The notes: generated by a model not told the origin, from the sequence alone. DNA of 61,530 bases, filler included, from Coriobacteriales bacterium (GCA_031263105.1; 5 parts of 5 records of this genome joined end to end with filler, not necessarily neighbours in it), one strand, 5' to 3'. Positions 42,322-52,686 are shown, numbered from the whole stretch's first letter. Program-made: numbers and translations.

Positions 42322-44979
42322 ATGTCCCAAGGTATGTCCCAGCGTATGTCCCAGGACAAGGGAGCATCAGGGCATCGACTGATGAGCCGCAAGGGCTTTT
42401 TGGCGATGCTCGGCGTATCGGCGGCGACGCTCGCGGTCAGCGGCTGTCAGCCAAAGGAGCTCGAGCCTATCACGGAGGAACAGGTACAGGAGATCGACTT
42501 CGACAACGGAACCTGGGTGACGGCCGCCTGTTGGCAGACCTGCCACTGCGGCTGCGTCAACAAGGCCCTCGTCGTGGACGGCATCCCCGTCCAACAGAAG
42601 ACCGACGACAACCATCCCGACTCGCCCGACTTCCCCCAGCAGCGCAGCTGCATCAAGGGGCGTTCGCTCCGCCAGTTCGTCATGGGCGCCGACCGCCTGA
42701 AGTACCCCATGAAGCGCAAGAGCTGGAGCCCCGGCGGCGGCGAGGGCGTCAACGCCCATCTCAGGGGCCGCGACGAGTGGGAGCGCATCAGCTGGGAGGA
42801 GGCGCTCGACTACACGGCCAACGAGTTCCTGCGCATCAGGGACACCTACGGCAACCTGGCGATCGCCTCCCGTATCTTGGACCAGATCCCCTACCTCAAC
42901 GCGTTCGGCGGCTACATCACGGTCTGGGGCCAGCAGTCCAACGGCGGGAACGTGCCTCCCTATACGGCCATGCGGGGCAACTCCTATTCGGACAAGACCC
43001 CGGGCGACCGCATCTCGCTGCGCAAGGCGAAGCTCATAGTGCTCTGGGGCTACAACCCCATCTACAGCGCGGGCGGCAGCAACACCAACTACGTCCGCCA
43101 CGCCAAGGACGCCGGCGCGAAGATCATCGCCGTCGATCCCTGGTTCTCGCCCTCGGCTCAGGCCCTGGCCGACGAGTGGGTGCCGGTGCGCCCGGGCACG
43201 GACACCGCGCTCCTTGCGGCCATCGCGTACCACATGATCGAGAACGACCTGCAGGACCAGGAGTTCCTCGACGCCTACACGGTCGGCTTCGATGCCGACC
43301 ACATGCCGGAAGGCGAGGAGGGGCAGGAGAACTTCAAGGACTACATTCTCGGGGCCTACGACGGCACGCCCAAGACGCCCGAGTGGGCGTCCGCGATCTG
43401 CGGGACGGCCCCGAGCGTCATACGCGACCTGGCGGAGCAGATGGCCACGACCAAGCCCATGACGCTCAGGGCCGGGCAGGCGCCCGAGCGCGTCTACAAC
43501 GGCGTCGAGTTCACGCAGATGTACCTGACGGTCGGCTGGATGACCGGCAACGTGGGCAAGCCGGGCGCCGAGGTGGAGGCGGCGGACGGGTCGTCCGGGG
43601 TGCAGGGCGGGCCCTCGGTCGTCTCCCTCGGCCCGACCCTCATGAAGAACTCCAAGAACCCCGTCTGCACGACCCCTCGCGGCGGCGGCACACTGGACGA
43701 CGGCAGCTTCGACCCGAGCATCTACCATGGCATCGCCTATGCCGAGTTCTGGACGGCCATCCTCGACGGCGTGCACACCGACTTCCAGAACGGGGAGAAC
43801 CAGGTGGACATCCGGTGCCTCGTGAAGTTCGGGCGCTGCAGCCAGATCAACCAGAACCTCGGCCTGTCCAAGGCCGTCGAGGCGCTGCGCAAGCCCGACC
43901 AGATAGAGTTCAACGTCACGTCAGAGTTCTTTATGACGCCGGACTGTCAGTACTCCGACATCGTGCTGCCCTGTGCGACCCCGTGGGAGTACGAGGGCGG
44001 CCATATCGCGGCCATCAACAAGGAGACCATCGTGATGGCCTCGAAGGTCATCGAGCCGGTCTACGAGTCGATGCCCAACTGGTGGATAAACAAGGAGCTG
44101 TGCCTGCGCACCGGCATCGACCCCTTGGAGCTGGGGCCCGAGGATCCCGAGCTCGACCCCGTCACACGGCTGGCCGAGTCGACGGTGAAGGACGACGACG
44201 GCGAGAAGGTGAACCTCGCAGAGGTGACCGCCGAAGACATCGCCGAGTTCGGGCTTGCGACCGAGCCGCATGAGGGCAGGGTGCCTCTCAAGAAGCTCAT
44301 CGAGGACGGCGGCTATCAGGTCGAGCGCAAGGACGGCGACCGCTTCATGTACACGGCCCTCAGCGAGTACATCGACGACCCGGCGGCGAACCCGCTCGAG
44401 ACCAGGTCGGGCAAGCTCGAGATCTTCTGCCGGGACCTCGAGGAGCGCATCGCGAACTACAACACGACGACCGTCGCGCCCATCGCCAAGTACGTGCCGG
44501 CCCTGGAGGGCTACGAGGACAGCTTTTCCGACTGGGAGGGCAAGGTCAAGGGCGAGTACCCCTATCAGCTGCTCGGGATACACATCCTCCGGCAGGCGCA
44601 CTCCTCCTTCGGCAACGTCAAGTCCATCGCGGAGGTGTTCGCCAACGACCTTATCCTCAACGAGGCCGATGCGGGGGACATCGGTGTCGTCACCGGCGAC
44701 ACGGTTCTGTTGAGCAACCCCCACGGCAAGGGGGTGCGCAGAGTGCAGGTCGCCTCCCGCGTCATGCCCGGGGTCGCGATCATCGGCCAGGGCAACTGGA
44801 TCGAGCTCGACGACGAGACGGGGATCGACATGGGCTGCAACATAAACTCCCTGACCGGGCCCCATCTGGTGTCGTCGGGCCTCTCGCCCTACAACACGGT
44901 GCTGGTGAAGATCGAGAAGTGGGACGGTGCTCCCCTGGAGCCCGACTATCTCCGTCCGCAAGTCATCATGAACGTGTAA
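42322..44979 (+). CDS. DMSO-reductase-family (DmsA-like) Tat lipoprotein molybdoenzyme
   Basis: AAGGAGG SD; SRKGFL signal; VSGC lipobox; CWQTCHCGC...CIKG; RLKYPMKR, PVRPGTD and SGKLEI. Confidence 0.92.
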   Translation: MSQGMSQRMSQDKGASGHRLMSRKGFLAMLGVSAATLAVSGCQPKELEPITEEQVQEIDFDNGTWVTAACWQTCHCGCVNKALVVDGIPVQQKTDDNHPDSPDFPQQRSCIKGRSLRQFVMGADRLKYPMKRKSWSPGGGEGVNAHLRGRDEWERISWEEALDYTANEFLRIRDTYGNLAIASRILDQIPYLNAFGGYITVWGQQSNGGNVPPYTAMRGNSYSDKTPGDRISLRKAKLIVLWGYNPIYSAGGSNTNYVRHAKDAGAKIIAVDPWFSPSAQALADEWVPVRPGTDTALLAAIAYHMIENDLQDQEFLDAYTVGFDADHMPEGEEGQENFKDYILGAYDGTPKTPEWASAICGTAPSVIRDLAEQMATTKPMTLRAGQAPERVYNGVEFTQMYLTVGWMTGNVGKPGAEVEAADGSSGVQGGPSVVSLGPTLMKNSKNPVCTTPRGGGTLDDGSFDPSIYHGIAYAEFWTAILDGVHTDFQNGENQVDIRCLVKFGRCSQINQNLGLSKAVEALRKPDQIEFNVTSEFFMTPDCQYSDIVLPCATPWEYEGGHIAAINKETIVMASKVIEPVYESMPNWWINKELCLRTGIDPLELGPEDPELDPVTRLAESTVKDDDGEKVNLAEVTAEDIAEFGLATEPHEGRVPLKKLIEDGGYQVERKDGDRFMYTALSEYIDDPAANPLETRSGKLEIFCRDLEERIANYNTTTVAPIAKYVPALEGYEDSFSDWEGKVKGEYPYQLLGIHILRQAHSSFGNVKSIAEVFANDLILNEADAGDIGVVTGDTVLLSNPHGKGVRRVQVASRVMPGVAIIGQGNWIELDDETGIDMGCNINSLTGPHLVSSGLSPYNTVLVKIEKWDGAPLEPDYLRPQVIMNV

Positions 44980-44994
44980 GGGAGCGAGGATACC

Positions 44995-45615
44995 ATGACC
45001 GCACAATACGGCTTCTATATCGACGTCGACCGCTGCACCGCCTGCAAGACCTGCATCGCCGCCTGCAAGGACAAGAACGACACCTTCGTCGGCCTCAAGT
45101 ACCGGCGCGTGATCGACTGCGAGGGCGGCAGCTGGACACAGAGCGAAGGGGTCCAGGTCCCCGACGGCGTGTTCGTCTACAGCGTCTCCTACTCCTGCAA
45201 CCACTGCGCGATGCCGGCCTGTCTGGCCGCCTGCCCGACGAACGCCATCAGCAAGCGTGACGACGGCATCGTGGTCATCGACAAGGACAACTGCATCGGC
45301 TGCGGCTCCTGCAAGGCCGCCTGCCCCTACGACACCCCCCGCCTGAACACCGAGGCGCAGGTGATGGGCAAGTGCGACTTCTGCGTCGACCGCCTTGAGC
45401 GTGGGGAGAACCCCGCGTGCGTGGACGCATGCCTGATGCGCTGCATCGAGCACGGGGAGCTTGCCGACCTCCAGGCGAAGTACGGCTCACAGGCCGACCT
45501 CGAGCCTCTGGCCTCGTCGGGCACGACGACCCCCTCGCTGGTCATAGGGCTTCCGAGGACGAACCCGGGCAACGCCCCGGTCAGGGTCGTCAGCCCTCCG
45601 GAGGAGCTGCTCTGA
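44995..45615 (+). CDS. DmsB-like 4Fe-4S subunit
   Basis: CTACKTC, CNHCAMPAC, CIGCGSC...CPY and KCDFC. Confidence 0.93.
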   Translation: MTAQYGFYIDVDRCTACKTCIAACKDKNDTFVGLKYRRVIDCEGGSWTQSEGVQVPDGVFVYSVSYSCNHCAMPACLAACPTNAISKRDDGIVVIDKDNCIGCGSCKAACPYDTPRLNTEAQVMGKCDFCVDRLERGENPACVDACLMRCIEHGELADLQAKYGSQADLEPLASSGTTTPSLVIGLPRTNPGNAPVRVVSPPEELL

Positions 45616-45621
45616 CGTGCA

Positions 45622-45684
45622 CGGCCGCCACGCCGACGCGGCCGCCACGCCGGCGCGGCCGCCACGCCGACGCGGCCGCCACGC
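45622..45684. repeat. 17-bp tandem repeat (CGGCCGCCACGCCGACG), about 3.7 copies
   Basis: Direct reading of the sequence. Confidence 0.8.
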
Positions 45685-45713
45685 TTCTGTGCACGCCCCA
45701 CTGTCATTCCGAG

Positions 45714-45876
45714 GTTTCTGTTCACCCTTCCACTGTCATTCCGAGCTTGTCGAGGAATCTTCGACCGCGTCAGCGGTCGACAGTAGGTCGAAGGGGTCTC
45801 AGATCTGCTGTTGGTCGCTTCGCGACCAAAGATCCCTCGGCGGGCTCGGGATGACAGTGGGGGTGTGAACAGAAAC
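45714..45876. mobile_element. 163-bp MITE-like element nested in an older copy, 8-bp TSD ATTCCGAG
   Basis: Perfect 12-bp TIR GTTTCTGTTCAC/GTGAACAGAAAC; TSD at 45706-45713 and 45877-45884. Confidence 0.85.
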
Positions 45877-45989
45877 ATTCCGAGCGCAGCCGAGGAATCT
45901 TTGTGCGGTTGCGGAGGCGACACCAGACGGCCTCATCGCTATACTGCGGTGAGGCCGTTTATGGCGTTCATGAGAAAGGTGGTCATACA

Positions 45990-46703
45990 ATGGGAGGAAG
46001 CGATGCGCTTGTCGTCACCTTTGCCAACCGGTGCTACCAGTACCAGCTTCTGAGGCTGATCTTCGGCAGTGAGCCCAACCGGGAGCTGATCTCGATCGCC
46101 GCGAGCGAGCCCACCCGGCTGTCGTTGGCCTTTTCTGCCGAGGCGGGCCAGGCGCAGACGGACGTGGCGGCCTCCCCGCAAGCTCCCTCCCTCTCCTTCC
46201 TGAACGACCTTGAGACACGGCTCGCGGCAGACCCTGATGGCGTCATAGACGGGCTGCGGGACGAGTACACGAGGCTCCTCTTGGGCCCGGAGGCCCTGCC
46301 TGCTCCTCCGTGGGAGTCCGTCTACCGCACAAAGGACCGCGTCCTGTTCGCCCCCGAGACCTTGGAGGTGCGCCGCGTCTATGTCGAGCACGGCTTTCTG
46401 CCGAAGGGCTACCCCCACGAGGCGGACGACCATCTGGCGCTGGAACTCGACTTCATGTACCATCTCGCCGAGCAGGCGCAGGCCTCCTACCAGGAAGGCG
46501 ACCTTGCAAAGACGCGCACGTCGCTCGCGGCCCAGCAAGCCTTCCTCAAAGACCATCTCCTCCGTTGGATAGACCGCTTCGCCACCGACATCCAGCAGGC
46601 CGGCGCACAGCGCTTCTACCCCCAGATGGCCCTGACCGCCGCCCGCCTCCTCCACGAGGACGCCGCCACCCTCGCCTGGCTGCTTGAGGGGCTTGAGGGC
46701 TGA
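45990..46703 (+). CDS. TorD/DmsD-family chaperone
   Basis: PPWESVY, EADDHLALELDFM and HLLRW. Confidence 0.92.
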   Translation: MGGSDALVVTFANRCYQYQLLRLIFGSEPNRELISIAASEPTRLSLAFSAEAGQAQTDVAASPQAPSLSFLNDLETRLAADPDGVIDGLRDEYTRLLLGPEALPAPPWESVYRTKDRVLFAPETLEVRRVYVEHGFLPKGYPHEADDHLALELDFMYHLAEQAQASYQEGDLAKTRTSLAAQQAFLKDHLLRWIDRFATDIQQAGAQRFYPQMALTAARLLHEDAATLAWLLEGLEG

Positions 46704-46793
46704 GGCTAAGCGCCCGGATTATGTGCCCCGCTGCGTAGGACAGGGGCACCAAGAAACCCCTATTTTCGCTGCCGCGTTTCTGTCTCGTCCTTT

Positions 46794-47047
46794 GTTATAG
46801 TCCACACCCCACTGTCATCCCGATTCACACCCCACTGTCATCCCGATTCACACCCCACTGTCATCCCGATTCACACCCCACTGTCATCCCGATTCACACC
46901 CCACTGTCATCCCGAGCCTGTCGAGGGATCCTCGACCGCGCAAGCGGTCGACCGCAGGTCGAAGGGCCCCCTGGCCTGCCGTTGGACACTGCGTGTCCAA
47001 AGATTCCTCGGCGGAGCTCGGAATGACAGTGGGGTGTGAACCGTAAC
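46794..47047. mobile_element. MITE-like element with tandemly repeated left end (23-bp period) and near-perfect 8-bp TSD
   Basis: CACACCCCACTGTCATCCCGA x5; flanks CGTCCTTT (46786-46793) and CGCCCTTT (47048-47055). Confidence 0.8.
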
Positions 47048-47168
47048 CGCCCTTTCTGCCATCTGGCGCACAAGCTGCGCACAAGCAACTAATCGGCACT
47101 TCCCTAGTTCACCTAGTTCATATGGTAGTATCATGATAATATGGAATCAACATCTGTCAGGAGTTGTC

Positions 47169-47426
47169 ATGTTGACTAAGGAGAGCACGAAAAGCAGCTC
47201 GTTCTCGTCTGCCGAGTCATTCGATGAGAATGCCCCGGGGTTCATCGCAAACATAATGGCCAGAGTGGAGTCCGCACGCAATCCAGGGAAACGTATCTCA
47301 TTGGATGAACTGTTCGTCATTGTAGCCGACAAGCGCAAGGTGCTCTTGACAGGTTCTATTTTGAGTGCGGAGACGGGTTGCGATCCGTCGAGAAGTTCAA
47401 TGGCTGCTATTCGAGTTCCAACCTAA
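47169..47426 (+). CDS. Small hypothetical protein (possible antitoxin-like remnant)
   Basis: AGGAG SD before ATG; lower GC; no recognisable motif. Confidence 0.3.
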   Translation: MLTKESTKSSSFSSAESFDENAPGFIANIMARVESARNPGKRISLDELFVIVADKRKVLLTGSILSAETGCDPSRSSMAAIRVPT

Positions 47427-47569
47427 GGGGAAAGGTTCCGTGCCGAACGCCTTGGGATGTCCACAGAGGACATCTGTGCTATGCTTCCAACGGTACGAGT
47501 AAGTAAAAGCAAGTAAAAATGGGGAAAGGCAAGTAAAAACCGTGAAAGCAAGTGAAAGGGCGGACGGCA

Positions 47570-48679
47570 ATGCCTGCGACTGAGACGAACAACCCGTTTA
47601 CTCCGACGTTCGGCAGCATACCGCCGCAGTTGGCGGGGCGGCAACAGATGATACGCGACATCCTCGGCGGTTTGGACAACGCACCCGGCGACCCTAACCG
47701 CACGACGATCTTCACCGGGGCAAGAGGCACCGGCAAGACGGTTCTTCTCGCGAAGCTGGCCGAGGAGGCATCCGCGCAGGGCTGGGTGAGCGCAAACGTG
47801 ACGGCACGAGAGGGCCTTCTTGAGGAGGTTCTCATGCAGGTCAAAGACAACGCCTCGGACTTCCTTGCCGCAAATGCCCCGAGCAGGATAACCGGCGTGG
47901 AGATTGCGGGCTTCGGCATCTCTCGTTCGGTCACAGAAGAGCCTGAGCGCACATGGCGCTCAAGGCTCACCGCTTTGGTCAAGGACCTCAACGAGCAGGG
48001 CGTCGGCCTGCTGATCACCGTCGACGAGGTCGACGCGCAGTGTGCGCCGTTGCGTGACCTGGTGGACACCTATCAGCATCTTGTGAGAGAGCGTCGCGAC
48101 GTCGCCTTGGTTATGGCAGGGCTGCCCAATAACATCTCGCAACTGCTGCAGGATAAGAAGATATCGTTTCTCAGGAGGGCGTTCCAGCACCGTCTGGACG
48201 CAGTGCCGAACGACGAGGTCGCCTTTGCCCTGCGCAAGACCATCGAGACATCCGGGCGCAGCATCGGATCCGAGGCGCTGGGGCTCGCCGCCGAGAGCAC
48301 GCAGGGATTCCCGTTCATGATCCAGCTCGTCGGCTACAACATATGGCGCCAAAACCCCCAACGCAAGGCGATCTCGCTTGAGGACACAAAAAACGGCATC
48401 GAACTTGCAGGAAGCGACATGCGGCGCATGATATTCGAAAGCACGATACACGACCTGTCCGAACAGGACATACGTTTCCTCGTCACATTGGCGAGAATCA
48501 ACGGCGAGAGCGACACGGCCCAGATCGCCGCCGCATGGGGCAGGGACGTGAACTACACCAGCAAGTACCGCAGGCGCCTGCTTGAACAAGGGATCATCGG
48601 CGAGCGCATGTTCGGCAAGATCGACTTCGACATCCCTCTGCTCAGTGAGTATATCCTCGAGCGGTTCTCAGAGTTTTAA
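47570..48679 (+). CDS. AAA/P-loop ATP-binding protein with probable C-terminal winged helix
   Basis: NPFTPTFG..P..LAGR, GARGTGKT, ITVDEV, GFPFMIQLVG and YRRRL. Confidence 0.85.
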   Translation: MPATETNNPFTPTFGSIPPQLAGRQQMIRDILGGLDNAPGDPNRTTIFTGARGTGKTVLLAKLAEEASAQGWVSANVTAREGLLEEVLMQVKDNASDFLAANAPSRITGVEIAGFGISRSVTEEPERTWRSRLTALVKDLNEQGVGLLITVDEVDAQCAPLRDLVDTYQHLVRERRDVALVMAGLPNNISQLLQDKKISFLRRAFQHRLDAVPNDEVAFALRKTIETSGRSIGSEALGLAAESTQGFPFMIQLVGYNIWRQNPQRKAISLEDTKNGIELAGSDMRRMIFESTIHDLSEQDIRFLVTLARINGESDTAQIAAAWGRDVNYTSKYRRRLLEQGIIGERMFGKIDFDIPLLSEYILERFSEF

Positions 48680-48836
48680 GGCGGCGCACTGTCCGGGCGT
48701 TGGCGAACTGCTGGCAGTCGGCAGTCGGCTGCAGGCGCGGCCCGTCCAAGCGGGGCTGAGTGACAGAGAGCAAGGGCTGCTGCTGCCTCACGAACTCCAA
48801 GGGGACAGCAGCCCCTCTTCATCTGCCAGGCGTCCC

Positions 48837-49499
48837 TCAGCGGCTCGGCTCCCGTTTGTTGCCGCCGCGCGATACCGTTGACGACTGCTCCGCAAGCAGC
48901 GTCTCGCTCAAGCCGAGATAGCGTGTCGCGGTGTCCAGGCCGAGCTCTGCCCTGAGCGCCTCTGCGTCGGCGTCTGCCAGGATGCGGGAGATGTCGCTTT
49001 CCGGGTCGTTCGTGTCCCCGAATATGCGTGCCTGCGTTATACAGGTTCCGACGCAGGCGGGGAGCATCCCTTGGCTGGCCCGATGGAAGCAGTAGGTGCA
49101 CTTCCCTGCGCGTCCCGCTTCGGCATCGAGGTATCGCGCCCCATAGGGGCAGGCCTGCACGCAGCTGCCGCATCCGATGCACTCCTGCCTGTCTATCACC
49201 ACGGCGCCGCCCTCCTCGACGAAGGTCGCGCCCGTCGGGCAGACGGTGATGCAGGGCGCGTCGGCGCAGTGGTTGCAGAGCTTGGGGACGTTCGCCCGCG
49301 TCGTCTTCGGGTACTCCCCGCTGTCCCAGCTCTCGACCCAGGTATTGAAGCAGGTCACAGGGACCGCGTTCTCGATCTTGCAGGCCACCGCGCAGGCGCT
49401 GCATCCGACGCACAGCGAGAGGTCGATGAGCATCCCGTAACGCTTTTGGCCGCTGTCGGTCTGTCCGGCAGCGGCTATGGCCGTGTCTGTGTCTGTCAT
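48837..49499 (-). CDS. TtrB-like 4Fe-4S subunit
   Basis: CVGCSAC, CNHCADAPC, CIGCGSC...CPY and KCTYC. Confidence 0.9.
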   Translation of the reverse strand: MTDTDTAIAAAGQTDSGQKRYGMLIDLSLCVGCSACAVACKIENAVPVTCFNTWVESWDSGEYPKTTRANVPKLCNHCADAPCITVCPTGATFVEEGGAVVIDRQECIGCGSCVQACPYGARYLDAEAGRAGKCTYCFHRASQGMLPACVGTCITQARIFGDTNDPESDISRILADADAEALRAELGLDTATRYLGLSETLLAEQSSTVSRGGNKREPSR

Positions 49500-49512
49500 G
49501 GTCTCCTCGCCT

Positions 49513-52500
49513 TCACTTCGTGATCCTATAGGCCCCGCCGTTGCGTCCCGGGGAGCCTGCTTCGGGGTCCGACAGGGGAAAGATGCCCGGGACGGTCGGG
49601 TCGAGCATCGTGCAGAGGTTGATGCCTGCACCGATTGCAGCATCCCCGGGAAGGCTCTCGCCGGAGATCTCGATGTCCTGCGCACCGTAGGCCCGATGCC
49701 CGTACCCGTAGGCAACGCCCACGGTTCCTCGGGCAATGCCTGCCCGGACCAGCACCGGTGCCTCCATCACGTCTCCAGACGGGTTGGACAAGTGTGCGAT
49801 GTCGCCGTCAGAAAGCCCGAACCGCTCTGCATCGTCGGTGTTGACCTCCAGATAGTTGGTCTCGCTCAGGTCGCGCATGAGAGGGCTGTTCGCCAGCATC
49901 GAGACCGACCGGAAGCGAGGCTTGTAGTTCGTGGCGGCAAGGGGCCACTCCTCTTTCGTGTACCGTTCGGCGATGGGGGAGAGGTCCGCGAACGTCTCCG
50001 GCCGCCACACGAGCGTCCCGGAGGCCGTCGCCCCCGACAAGGAGTTGCTGTTCGTCGCGCGGCCCTCGTTATAGAGCAGGGTCATGAGCTCGTACCCGTA
50101 GGCGCTCGCCTCGCCCTTGAAGGCGTCTTCCGCCGGCCAGAAGCGCCCGCCGCGCGAGAGCACGTTGAGGACCTTGGGCCACTCCTCCTCCGTGACGGCT
50201 GCTTTCCACTGCTCGGGCAGCCCGTCGAGCCTCTGCACATCGAGATCGCTCTCTGCTATGTCGGCAACCGGCGCGGTGTCCCATGCCAGGTTCGCGACCC
50301 CCTTCAGGAACATGTCGGCGGCATCCTTGAAGGGATAGGCGCTTCCATCGACCGACTTCAGCGCGTTTTCTCCAAAGCCCGGCAGTGCGCATGCCTGCGC
50401 CACATCGCACACAAAGGCCTCGAAGCTGGCATGGCGCCCATCCGGGAGCACCTCCGTCAACGGCTCGACGACGGGCCAACGGACCGTGTTGCCACGGTTG
50501 AGCAGATGCCCCTCCGAGGTCACGATGCCAAAGCTCTCATAGGGAGTGGTGTCAGGGACGAAGTAGTCCGCGAGGCTCGCGTGCTCGCCCATGACCACGT
50601 CGCAGGCTATGGACAGGGGCACGCAGCCCGGGTCCTTCAGGCGGTCGATGACGCTCTCCCTCATCGCGCCCGAGGTGCCCTGCAGGACGTTCGTCATCCA
50701 GGAGAGCATGATCTTCGCCGAATAGGGGTACTGGTTCACCACGGATATCAGGGCCTGCGAATCCGATATCTTCGCAAGGGGGAACCAGGGCAGAAGCGGC
50801 GCGGTGTCCTCTCCGCTCTCTTTCTTGCGCTGGTATTCGGAGGTCTTCTCGTAGGACACCCCTGTCCTTGAGATGGGCAGCGCCGACACCTTCGGCACGC
50901 CGTCGATGTCGTCCAGAAGGTAGCGGTCGCCGTTGACGGTCGTTTTCGCGGAGGCTCGCCAAGGAACCGTGCCCCCCTTCATGAGGTCGCTGCCGATGAA
51001 GGCGGCGAGTATCGAATTGAGGTTGGCGGCATCCACGCCGTTCACCGCCGAGCTCGGCGCCAGGCCATAGACCGAGGCCCTGGTGCCGTGCGAGGTGAAC
51101 TCCTGTGCGATGCGGGCGATCTCCTCTGAGGGCACCTCGCATAGCGCGGCGAGCTCATCGATGCTGCGTTCGAAGGCGGAGTCCTTCAGGAAGAGGAAGG
51201 CGCTGCGCACGGCAACGCCGTTGACGCTTCCCTCGTACTCGAGCTGCGCGCGCGTGCTCTGTCGATGCAGGGCAGGCTGACCGCTTGACGCGTCGATGAC
51301 GACGAAATGCTCCTCCGGTTTGGCGGGATCCTCCGCCTCCGGTGCGCTGAGCCCTGCGTCCTCGGGGCGCATGAGCCTCCGGTGGTTCGGATGTCCGGGG
51401 TCGGTGACGACCAGATGGGTCGCATTGCAGAACGAGGCGTAGCCTCCCTCGCATGCGGCCCGGTAGTTCGGAAACGACATGAAGTCCTTGTTGTGGGCGT
51501 CGTTCTCCAGCATCCAGCGGATAAGGCCGAGGGCGAAGGCGGTGTTGGTCGCCGTTTTGATGGGGAGCCAACGGGCCTGCTTCTGGGTCGGGGTGACGAC
51601 CCCGTTACAGAGAACGGGATCGAGGATGTCCATCGAGAGCGAGCCGTCGGCAAGCCGTGAGGAGCAATGCCGCGCGATGGCCTGCATGGTCTTCCCGCTT
51701 GCACCGGGGAAGCCGCCCAGGCACAGCACGTACTCGGCATGGTCGAAGTCGTTGCGGACGTCCTGGGCGCCCTTCATGAAGGCGAGTATGTCCTTTGCGC
51801 CGCCGCACGTGGAGCCATGGTTGAACCAGTTGACCGAGCCGAAGCAGGTGGCGAAGCGTCGAGCGACAAAGGCCCGCCCGTCACCGCGGCCTCCGAAGAC
51901 CACCAGTTGGTTCGACTTGGGCCCGAGTTCCGGTGCGGTGGGGTCCAAGGGGGCCTCGGTGTCCCGTAAGGCCCGAAACCCCTCGATGGGCCGCTCTTCT
52001 CCTATGTGCTCGAACAGCTTCCCCCCTTCCACCACCTCGTCTATCAGCTGCTCCCAACTGATGGCCTCCCATTTTCCTTCGCCACGGGCACCGGCACGTT
52101 TGAGCGGCGTCGTGATTCTTCCCGGTTGCGCGTATGCGTCAAGGGTGCCGTTGCCGCGCCCGCAGACCGTGGCACGGACCTGGTTGCCCCGTATCTGGCC
52201 CATCATCCGATAGGCCTCATCGAGAGGCTCGTCGAACGCCAGCGGGGGATATGCACAGCAGGGGCTGTACGGGTTCCCGCCGACGCTCATGATGGTACCC
52301 GTCGCCCTGTCGATGTGGACGCGGTTCCCACACGTGCTGTAACAGCCGAGACACGCGCTGTACCGGACGATCACCTCGGGGTTGACGGTCACCTCTCCTG
52401 TCGCTTGGTCGACATGCGCCTCGACCTTGTGCCCTCCGTAGCGCTGCTCGGGTCGTTGCTCGGGCGGAGATGCCTCCGTGGGGTCGTCCCGTTCACGTGG

Positions 52501-52686
52501 CCCGCAGGCGGCGAGACTGCCTGTGGCAGCCAGGGCCGCGCCCGCGCCCGCCGCCTTGACGAACGAGCGCCTGCTGACGGGGTGCCGTGCCTCTGTGCGG
52601 CGGCTTCCGTTCCGGGAAGCCGACTGCCGTGCCCCGGCATCGTTTCCGATAGAGGGGCGCGCCTTTCCCTTTCCTCTCCTTCTCAT
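49513..52686 (-). CDS. Tetrathionate-reductase-A-like Tat lipoprotein molybdoenzyme
   Basis: SRRSFVK Tat motif; LAAC lipobox; CLGCYSTCG...GNPYSP...CGRG; HGSTCG; RGGRF and YGYGH. Confidence 0.88.
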   Translation of the reverse strand: MRRRGKGKARPSIGNDAGARQSASRNGSRRTEARHPVSRRSFVKAAGAGAALAATGSLAACGPRERDDPTEASPPEQRPEQRYGGHKVEAHVDQATGEVTVNPEVIVRYSACLGCYSTCGNRVHIDRATGTIMSVGGNPYSPCCAYPPLAFDEPLDEAYRMMGQIRGNQVRATVCGRGNGTLDAYAQPGRITTPLKRAGARGEGKWEAISWEQLIDEVVEGGKLFEHIGEERPIEGFRALRDTEAPLDPTAPELGPKSNQLVVFGGRGDGRAFVARRFATCFGSVNWFNHGSTCGGAKDILAFMKGAQDVRNDFDHAEYVLCLGGFPGASGKTMQAIARHCSSRLADGSLSMDILDPVLCNGVVTPTQKQARWLPIKTATNTAFALGLIRWMLENDAHNKDFMSFPNYRAACEGGYASFCNATHLVVTDPGHPNHRRLMRPEDAGLSAPEAEDPAKPEEHFVVIDASSGQPALHRQSTRAQLEYEGSVNGVAVRSAFLFLKDSAFERSIDELAALCEVPSEEIARIAQEFTSHGTRASVYGLAPSSAVNGVDAANLNSILAAFIGSDLMKGGTVPWRASAKTTVNGDRYLLDDIDGVPKVSALPISRTGVSYEKTSEYQRKKESGEDTAPLLPWFPLAKISDSQALISVVNQYPYSAKIMLSWMTNVLQGTSGAMRESVIDRLKDPGCVPLSIACDVVMGEHASLADYFVPDTTPYESFGIVTSEGHLLNRGNTVRWPVVEPLTEVLPDGRHASFEAFVCDVAQACALPGFGENALKSVDGSAYPFKDAADMFLKGVANLAWDTAPVADIAESDLDVQRLDGLPEQWKAAVTEEEWPKVLNVLSRGGRFWPAEDAFKGEASAYGYELMTLLYNEGRATNSNSLSGATASGTLVWRPETFADLSPIAERYTKEEWPLAATNYKPRFRSVSMLANSPLMRDLSETNYLEVNTDDAERFGLSDGDIAHLSNPSGDVMEAPVLVRAGIARGTVGVAYGYGHRAYGAQDIEISGESLPGDAAIGAGINLCTMLDPTVPGIFPLSDPEAGSPGRNGGAYRITK

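Noticed and set aside
47064..47078. Sigma-54-like GG-N10-GC promoter
   Set aside because: It arises from a local duplication and is absent in the sister motif at 18695; no activator gene is nearby.
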